64,000 nucleotides of DNA from Trichoplax adhaerens (lineage: Eukaryota > Animalia > Placozoa), in NCBI RefSeq assembly GCF_000150275.1, contig NW_002060948.1:4882336-4946335 (forward strand). Reading direction: 5' to 3'. Every line of letters begins with the position of its first letter. The first letter of the stretch is position 1. The notes beneath the pieces are model-generated. The model was not told the DNA's origin. It searched no databases and saw only the letters and a program-made list of their open reading frames with translations. Position numbers and translations under genes: made by a program. Shown here in pieces: positions 54,912-64,000 of this stretch.

Positions 54912-57900
54912 ATGTCTAGGTTAAGCGTTTTTATATTAATTCAATTACTATTATGCAATTATAGTAGCATAATTGAAGCTGCTGCTAAGAAAGCTGGTAA
55001 ACGAAATGTACAACGAAATAGAACCGGTAATAAAGGTTAGGATACAATCATTGCCGATATTAAATATGGTAATATTTATAATTTTCATATTTTACTTGGA
55101 ACATAGGTTTTGGATTTTGTCGTTTCGAATTTATGTGTAGCAACAGACGACAGTGTATTAAAATGAACTATATTTGTGATGGCGTTAAAGATTGCAGTGA
55201 TTCTTCGGACGAAAGATTTTGTAGTAAGTACAGGTGTATGAATAGTAGAAGCTTCATTGAAACAGGTATCGACTATCAATAAGATTGTCTCAAGTTACAG
55301 ATCAAATAAGATAAAAAATAGAAATTTGAGGAAATTATTCATTTTATACTTTGATGAACCATAAAATTCATCCTGCTTAATATTTAACACAAGTGGTTAA
55401 TACTTATCGTTTAGAGTAGTAGACAGGTAAGTCAGATCTTGTTAACGAAACTCGATAGCTGTACTCTGTAGTCTGCAGAATATATCGGTCCTGCATCTAT
55501 ATCAACTGGACGACCTCTGGCGAATAACTATTGATTGTGATCCAACCCTTCATATAACCTTTTAACTAAATTTTAAATCATCTAGAGCTGCTTAATTAAT
55601 AAGGCATGTATCACCTCTATATATTGGTGCCAGCTCCATGAGTAGTATCGCTTCTGAAACACTTTGACGACAGATCCCTCCTTGCAGAACCATTAGCATT
55701 GTATAGAAGGCCAGGTTCTACTTCTTAATTTTAGTTCGCTTTAATGCCCTTCTTAGTGTGCAGTTCATGTGTTCTACGATAAAAAGTAAGGAGGTTAAAT
55801 ACTCTAACATAATGCCGGTTTTGTTAAAAATATGGAGAAAAGTGCTAGGCAAGCTAGTCTTCTAACAATTGTTGTTTAGTGAAGCACTATGCTAGCAAAT
55901 CACAAACTGCTTTTGTATGATAAAATTAGATATAATAGGCTAGAATTCAGCACGCACATACTCGTATATCCGTCAGCATCAATTACAGGTACTGTAATTA
56001 TGGCATTGCTAAAGCAGTCTATAGTCTAGAATATACATATGCTGTATCTGTTCGTAGTACAGTGTAAAACTTTAATTATTGCCAATTATATCATCGATAT
56101 TGCTTCTGTTACTAGTATCACTTTTATGAGGCAATCTGATAGCCGATGTTAATAAAGCACGAGGTTTGTAGGCTATACCATATTTGTCAACGTGTTTTCT
56201 ACCATTATCAATTCTAATTTTTATTACTGAGGGAAAATTGTTGTCAGCATTACCTAGGGCAAATTATAATTTCGTATATTACGCATCTCTACCATCAATG
56301 CAAATTTTATTGCAACTATGGTTCTCTCATATATCTCGGTAGGATGATAAATATGATAAATATGATAAATAGATAAGAATACAGTATTGACCTAACAGGA
56401 AATATTCTAGCCTATATTATATCAGATATTCATATATTTTAAAATTACGAAAATACAATCAAATTTGGATATTTAGCAAAATATGTCGCAATATCATGAT
56501 CGCTTTCTTTTTAAAGTACATTGCGTTAAGAAAGGATTTCGTAGAAATGATGTAACCGACAATATATGAGAATATATAATTAGGCATTATATATTCTAGT
56601 CTATAACCCAAACTGAATTTATATACAGCATTGATTGAGCAAGGATTCTTATTTCGCGTTAATTTTCTGGCTATTCGCCGCCTTATTAGAGTTCTATTGT
56701 AACACAGCAAGAGATAGATCACGCTCCGCCTTTAATGTAACATTTTATTTGTCCGGACTCTTAATAACATACTTTACGAAGACATTATCTAATCATAAAT
56801 CGAGTCGATCCTGGTCGATTAGTAAATACAACGCAATGATGTCCTGATCAAATTCTGTAACTAGCACTATAAAGTTGATTTCAGTGCATCTTTCTACCGA
56901 GCTAATGCTATCCATGAATTGGTCCATCACGCAAATTAATTTGCACTTATTTCAATTACAGAAATCATTGATATCAATGATATAATAGTGCATTAGTAGA
57001 CTATACTTTATTGCACTCTAATTAATATCGGCTTTTAATGAATTATTTCTTACCGATAATGGGATTGGCCGTGTTATGACGCATTCCTGTACTCTATAAG
57101 GCTTCTTGCTTATCCATAATTTGATTGTGAAGACACTGTGTCTACAAGAATGGCTAGACAACTTGCAGACAGGGTTGGAACATATCGCCCTTGAGAAAAA
57201 TTACACTTCATTCAAAAAAATAAACCATCTTGTTTATAATTTAAATGATCAAAACCAGAATCATATAGAGTAAAATATTAAAATATTAAAGTAACATGTA
57301 ATGCTGTTGTCAAAACTTGATATTAAAATAAAAATTAAACTAAGAGGAAACTGACAGCATTTGACATGTTCCTGCATGCTAACGTTATGGTTCTGATAAG
57401 CAAGGTGAAATTTTTCTTAATTTTAAGATTGTGTTAAATTAGTTCTAAACTATACTTAACTATAGAAAGCTTTAACAGAGTACAACAATGCTCTGATCGT
57501 GAATATCAATGCGAAGATAACAGCGGTTGCTTTAGGTTAAATCGGGTTTGTGATAGTAATATTGACTGCCGAGATGGCTCTGATGAAAAGGATTGTGGTA
57601 AGTACAGTATATATGCTTATGACAGCTTCATTTCCTGCAGTGATTATCAATTAGAGTAAATTACGTAATATCAACTTCTTTACAAAAATATTAGCTCTGA
57701 CATAGCTGATTAATTACTGTCGATTGCAACAAATGAAAATTATCTCTATCTCTTACCAGCCTCATTTTAAAGATTTAAATACGTTTTATATCTCAAGGAA
57801 CACGCAGATCTTGTCCTTCTACTCAGTTTAGCTGTTCTGATGGGAAAACGTGTATTGCTCGATCCTTAGTATGTAATCGGCAACGTAATTGTCCCGATGG

Positions 57901-59466
57901 ATCAGATGAAAGAGACTGCTGTAAGATACTATATACATTCAATTATTAAAATGATATAGGAAGTCTATTCGTAGTAATTAATTATAGCAGAAACGAATAT
58001 CTATACATCCAGAGCTTAATTTCTCTATCATCATGCTAAACGAAATGACACTTTACATAAATTAGCGCGAAATAAATAAATACTTTTAATAATAACAAAT
58101 CGTGACAATTAATATTTTTCTCCTTCTAGCTAAACGAATAATATGTTAGTACTTTTTGCCTTGATATACCAATATCTAACGGAGTGGATAATAGCGTACA
58201 AAAATGTCATGATATGCTATAAGTAAACTTTAAAATAATGAACCATAATAATGAGCTTGGTACCATTTTGTAACCTATTTCATTTGTTTACTTACTGATT
58301 AACTATGGATTGTAGCAATTAGTCAGCGACGATGTGGTAGCAAAGAATTTGCTTGTCTAGATGGCAGCGGCTGCATTGCAAAATGGCGTATCTGCAACGG
58401 GGAACAGGATTGCAATGATGGATCAGATGAATATAGCTGCTCAAGTACGAAAATTATGACTCAATAGGATAACTGCTCATAGAAGAATACTCCTAGCTTG
58501 CTTAGTGTAAAATTGACTTGAAACGCATATTGATGAACGAATTATGATTATAAAAAAGATCAATAGTATCTCTTTCGGTATTGGTCTAGGAAATCGTTGT
58601 GGTATTAGCCGCTTTAAGTGCAAGGGTAACGATCAATGTGTGTCTTCCTTTCAAGTTTGTGATAAAATCCGTGACTGTGTTGATGGGTCCGACGAATCTC
58701 AATGTGGTATGCAAGCAGTAATAACGATATCATGATTCGGTGCATGTAGATTTATCAGCTATGGTCATGGTCATACAGGAGCTAAAGTTTTTTTCAGTAG
58801 TATGGCTATCGCTAGGGCTATCAGTCTAGACCTGAGGCTATACATAGAAATACTGCAGTTTTAAATATCAATAGTAGAAATGAAGGCATACGAAGTCATT
58901 TTTGTTCTCTACATTGTCCGTGCATAACGTAACAGAACAAATCCTTTTTACCCAATCATGTCACTTGCTTAAATATTTATCGTTAGAAATGGTCATTATT
59001 GTATTTAATAAGTAGTTATTTTATTCGTCCTTAATAAGCTGATCGAAAAGAATGTGGGGATCGATTTTCGTGCTTTAATGGCAGAGAATGTATTGTTAAT
59101 GAAAAGAAATGTGATGGTTATCCTGATTGTTCTGATTCATCCGACGAGCTCAACTGTGGTGAGTATAAGCTATCCAATGCTACTTTACGGAGTTTAAATT
59201 TCTATCATACGTGTCATATATAGAAAAAACTGTATTTCTAAAGCAATAAGATCTGAGTTAAATCCTTTTAAATAACCAATATGAAATTTTAATAACAATG
59301 ATTTGGATAAGGTCGACAACAATGTAGCGCAAGACAGTTTGAATGTCTAATCACCATACAATGCATCGATAAAGATAAAGTTTGCGATAATAATGATGAC
59401 TGTGCCGATGGCAGCGACGAATTTGGATGTTCTAGTAACGCTATTAAATCAATTTCTCGCGTGTAG
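54912..59466 (+). CDS. Secreted protein: signal peptide plus seven LDL-receptor class A (LDLa) repeats, no transmembrane domain seen, 338 aa
   Basis: Exons 54912-55035 ([41 protein letters not shown]), 55107-55223, 57466-57597, 57798-57920, 58316-58444, 58590-58706, 59039-59158, 59312-59466 (1017 nt). Each of the last seven exons encodes one 6-Cys repeat ending D/N-C-x-D-x-S-D-E-x-x-C, and all introns are phase 1. Stop TAG at 59464-59466 and AATAAA at 59629-59634. Confidence 0.85.
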
Positions 59467-59628
59467 TGGATTACCTAGTTCAAGCAAAGTAATTTAAAGT
59501 ATAACACTGGTCATGTATTGGTTCATATTATGTTAAAATGTTATATTGTAATTAAAGATACTCATGCACGTTTGCATCATAAACTGTTCAATTATACCAA
59601 TATCATCCAAACAAAATTTGGCTGCAGA

Positions 59629-59634
59629 AATAAA
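59629..59634 (+). terminator. Candidate polyadenylation signal of the LDLa-repeat gene
   Basis: AATAAA about 160 nt after the stop codon, followed by T/GT-rich sequence. Confidence 0.4.
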
Positions 59635-60317
59635 TTTACATCTTTACTTTTACGAAGTGTTTATCTCTTGTTTTGATTTATCATCACAAAAGCAACTATT
59701 CCATTATAACGTAAATGATTAGGCAAGAGTAGGATTATGCATAACGCAGTTGAAAAGTAACATTATTTTTTTACTTGCAATTAGTATTTCCAATACAACA
59801 TCTTTATATATAATGCCAGTGGATCAGATTATTGCATGATAAATACGGTATAAATGGCCGGACTCAATTTTACGAATACAATGTATTTCAATGCTGTGAA
59901 AACAAATAACAAATTGTGTAATGCTATCGACAACGATTTTATGATAGTTGTACGCATCAAAAACTTACGTATTTGAAATATTGTATAAAAATTCAATTAA
60001 TAATATAGCTATACAGAATCCAATCCAGATATATAAATTTTTAATAAGCATATTAAGACAGTAGTTGTACATGTATTAGGCATCATAATTCTATGCAATT
60101 ACACAATAAGTAACAAATACTGTGATAAAATTTATAAAATTTATAATAAGTGAAAAGATATTTGTGTTTATATTCATTATCAATTTATACTTGTACTGTT
60201 TGTTGTAGATTGGCTCGGCAGAAAATATTTTGATTTTCCACTTACAGCCCATAAAAAATTCGCTCACACAGCTTACTCGACAGCTAGTTCATAATCATGC
60301 ACTAAAATGATTACGTA

Positions 60318-63300
60318 TTATCGTTGTCGATGGCGCATATTCCAATGTAAACAATCGCTAATACTTATAAACCAGTCCTCAACTGGATCGTTGGCACAAA
60401 TACATGCTAGAGGATGAATGGAAGTAGTGATGCAAATACTAGAATGAAGAAAATGATAAATTTTGATAATTGGTTACGACCTCATGTTAAACGTAACACG
60501 AGTATATTCGGCTAACACTGGTAATGCTAGAAATCACTTACTAATCATCAGGAGATAATTGTTGACGTGATCGACCATCTACTGAGATCCACATTGGTCC
60601 TCGAGCATTCTCGGAAGTTTGAATTTTTAATTGCACTCCGGCGGGTAAAATAACTGGTCTCGATGACAACGCATGAGGGCAAATTGGAGTAAATAATATT
60701 GATGGGACACACGGATGGACCATGCAACCTCCGGATGCAAGAGAATAGGCGGTGCTGCCAGTTGGAGTAGCAATAATCAGCCCTGTTAAATAGTAAAAGT
60801 GAGAGCGTTTAAATTATTAAGCAGGATGTTAGCTGAAAATTGGACCACAGTTTGACGAAATCGGTCAAATTCAACTTTGTATAATTTCACACACTGCTAT
60901 ACTGTGGGCATGATCGTACCGTCGCCTTCAATGTTCGTTATATGTCGCTCGTTACAGATGATATTAAGATTAGTTAAAAAAGCTGATGGTCCACGATCGA
61001 CAACAATCTCATTTAGAACCTAAGAAAATGTCGTTTATTTCGGATATATTTGCAAGTTTATGGGTCTTTAAAGATCTTATAAAAATTAGGTTAATAAATG
61101 GTAACTTGACTTACAGCATGTTTCTCTACTGTTTTATTCTTACTAAAATGAATTTCGCACGTGAGGCGATTACGTAATGCTACTCGAGGATTGTCTAGAG
61201 TAAAAAAAGAGATTCTCTATCAGTAAAAGTTAATTTCATTGAGCTTCACCTTTATAACAGTATCCATAGACTACTAAAGGTTTTCTTCTGGTAGTATATG
61301 CAGTGACTAACCATCCAATACTTTATCAATAACCGATTTGAAATCGCTTATTTTAAATTTAGTTAAAAAGCCAAGGGTCCCAAGACTAAAAGCAATTACA
61401 GGAGGCGCATTTTGCTAGTAAAGGGAGATGAAAAAGTTATTAACTCATGTTATTGCAATCAATGCGGTCCTAAGCTGGTTACTTAGAAACCTACAACGAT
61501 GTCATAGCGGGCACGAATAGTGGAAGACTAAGCAGTGATAAATCTGCTAAATGATATAGTATTTTAGTATCATTTAAAAAGGGTACTTATTTAAGATAAT
61601 TATACTTGAAAAAGAGATGATGCGTGTAGAAAAGTGCCATCGCCACCAAGGCAAACCACTAGGTCAACCAGTTCCAATTTATAGTCATCTATTTCTGAAA
61701 AAAACAATGTTAAGACACTTCTGATGAGTATATAGTATGCGCTTTATTATAACAACACTGCTACAAGTCTATAGCTTGCCCATTAATAAAAGATAAATTA
61801 AACCAGCTAAATTCAACATTGGGACTATTTATATTTCGACGTATGCAATTATTTTGTAAATTACCAATATTAATTGTTAGTAAATTTTGCAATGTGCTGC
61901 GGAAATGATGATCATCAACGATGCCAGGTTGATGTTTAACAGATTCCTCTATATATACTTTCAGCTTCCTTTCCTGAAATAATAGATTATGAAATTATTG
62001 GTAGTTATAGGGCTGTTTTTCAGATCAGGGTATGAAAATAGTCACTAAGATAGATTACATACTATTTGAAAATGTGATGATTATGAAAACTATAAAAATA
62101 CTACCTCTAGAAGCCATTGGACAATTGCCTTAAATTCTTCAGTAACTGTATCATCCATATCCTTTTTAACTACTAATATAGATGTAGCAGGAGTATGCCA
62201 ACCCAGCTGCTGATCGGCAGGATCTTGAAGCACCCTGAGTAATATACCCCGATAACAATAATTCAATGTAGCTCAGACTAGCATTTAAAATAGCATTGAT
62301 AAGACTTGACATAGGGATATAGAATAACCTAATAGATTAATATAATCAAGCGACAAAACCACAATCACAATGCTAAGTGATACAATTCAAGAATAAAATG
62401 ACATTTATTTTCTTTTCATGTCAACATGGAACAAAGTCAATGTCTTACATTCCATTCTTAATTCCCAGCATATAGGCTTTCGGTCCAAATGTCATTTCAG
62501 GTGGACGAGCATTTAAAGAATAACTCCTGCAATAATAGATGGATGAAAGAACTGAATAAAGTAATTATAATATTGTAATCTATTGGCAATAAGGTATACT
62601 AAAAATAATAGTCCATTATAACCATAAGAGTCGGGTAGCTATTAATGGTATAAAAATGAATTCAAAAATAAAAGTGATAGCGATGCTGTGGCGAAAATAT
62701 ACCGTGCTGCAATGGGTAGGAAGCAATTCTTTGCTCCTCTCCCATCTTGACCCTATACAAGAAATGTATCTATGTATATATTCAACTGCTGTTTAAAATA
62801 CTATTTTAAGAATGTATCATTCTCTGAACTTATTTGTTGTACTTATTAGTGATGACAAAAGCTGCTACAAGATTGATTGATTCTTGTGCATGTCTACTAT
62901 CCAAAATAAAATTAGCAACCATAAAGAAACATGTTGGTGGAAATTGATAACAATTTTCAGTATGCTAAAGTAAAAAAGAAAGCCAAAAACAATATACACC
63001 ATAGTTGTGATGGTATAGATATACTGCATGTTTCTCATTGTAATTGTTGCAAATGGAATTGGATAAGCCTTCGGAATGTTTATAAAGGTTTAATTAAACT
63101 AACAATTTAAGAATGTGAAAGGAATCCAATGAGAAGTTGGCTCTTTCTCATGTGCTTCATGGATCGTACCCTGATGGGATCATCATTTGATGTTGAAGGT
63201 TGACAATCGCTTTTTGAATCTTACAGTCTACTACTGTCGCCATTTTTTTTCTCATTTTCCGCCTCCCACTATGGATGTATCATATCATATGGGTAGAATG

Positions 63301-63720
63301 GATTGACTATATCGGTCATGACTGGAAGCATTTAACAGTACCTTGTAGAAGATGTAGAGTATGCCTACAGTATAGAGGTACTGTTATTGTAAGCGTGTTT
63401 ATACCGATGAAGAAAGTGATGTTGGGTAGATGAAGGGGAATAAACTGCTATGTCAAGCTGTAATAAAGAGAGAACTTGTCTTACAACTTATTCATCAATC
63501 TTCACCTGAAGCTATAAACACTCGTATCTTGGAATATAGGACTAGCCAATGCATTGATACTTCCCTGATGATCATTGGATTGATTATGATCATGATCTTG
63601 GAGATAGAGCTTTTCCCCTTTCTCCATCATGTTGCTATCATGATTTAAGGGAGATCTCGATGACGTCGTGGTTGTCTTTCTCCCTGAAACGATCGCATCG
63701 TCAGCTCCTAATGTAGCCAT
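60318..63720 (-). CDS. NADK: NAD kinase (cytosolic animal NADK type), 421 aa, 10 exons
   Basis: Exons in transcription order: 63720-63506, 62526-62449, 62234-62105, 61973-61865, 61694-61606, 61414-61312, 61194-61115, 61019-60920, 60782-60542, 60438-60318 (1266 nt). Motifs: 'TFGPKA', '[10 protein letters not shown]', '[10 protein letters not shown]', '[15 protein letters not shown]', '[10 protein letters not shown]', '[21 protein letters not shown]', '[12 protein letters not shown]', '[15 protein letters not shown]'. The first exon is the least certain. Confidence 0.94.
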
Positions 63721-63767
63721 GACTATAAGAACATAGCGTTATTAGCCAGGAATACAACGGAGACTAA

Positions 63768-64000
63768 TGGAAACGATGTTGTTGTTGTTAACAGAAAAGG
63801 AAGATTAAGGATCGATCCAACGCGATGTTCGATGCTGTTATGGCACTTTTTGCACTAACATCGATCGTTGTAAGCAGACATGGACAGTTTTGATCAAGTA
63901 ATGAATTCTTGGAGACAATGCTGTTGTTGTTGACAGAAAAGGAAGATGAAGGATCGATCCAAAGCGATGTTCGATGATGTTATGGCACTTTTTGCGCTAA
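63768..64000. repeat. Tandem repeat with a 142-bp unit upstream of the NADK start codon (second copy cut off by the window end)
   Basis: acagaaaaggaagat.aaggatcgatccaa.gcgatgttcgatg.tgttatggcactttttgc.ctaa starts at 63791 and again at 63933. Confidence 0.9.

Noticed and set aside
38570-59466. Functional cluster linking GLCE (heparan sulfate) with the LDLa protein (lipoprotein uptake)
   Set aside because: Neighbourhood in an animal genome is weak evidence of co-function, and nothing in the sequence shows co-regulation.
62703-62752. Possible extra NADK exon (AG...GT bounded, 50 nt)
   Set aside because: Its phase is incompatible. Exon 63720-63506 joins 62526 directly and restores the conserved FR-x-x-SL segment.

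Overview
AT-rich eukaryotic (animal) genomic DNA with many short GT-AG introns (mostly about 70-300 nt). Gene content and compactness suggest an early-branching metazoan, and a placozoan (Trichoplax-like) genome is my best guess (inference, not verified). I assembled five spliced genes by hand from reading frame and splice phase. (1) RERE/atrophin co-repressor on the minus strand, 16 coding exons, about 1010 aa, BAH-ELM2-SANT-GATA-atrophin. (2) Heparan-sulfate D-glucuronyl C5-epimerase GLCE on the minus strand, 2 exons, 615 aa. (3) A large plus-strand adaptor (at least about 1385 aa) with a SKAP/AFAP-type N-terminal helical segment, four PH domains, many SH2/SH3 docking motifs and a C-terminal coiled coil. 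(4) A plus-strand secreted protein made of a signal peptide plus seven LDL-receptor class A repeats with no transmembrane segment (338 aa), almost invisible in the ORF track. (5) Cytosolic-type NAD kinase NADK on the minus strand, 10 exons, 421 aa. An apparently gene-free stretch of about 21 kb lies upstream of RERE. Palindromic (GTACA)n/(GTACT)n pentamer arrays are densest at the likely promoter regions (about 19.3-19.7 kb and 42.2-44.2 kb). There are three recent tandem duplications and one assembly gap. I saw no tRNA, rRNA, CRISPR array or coding transposon.
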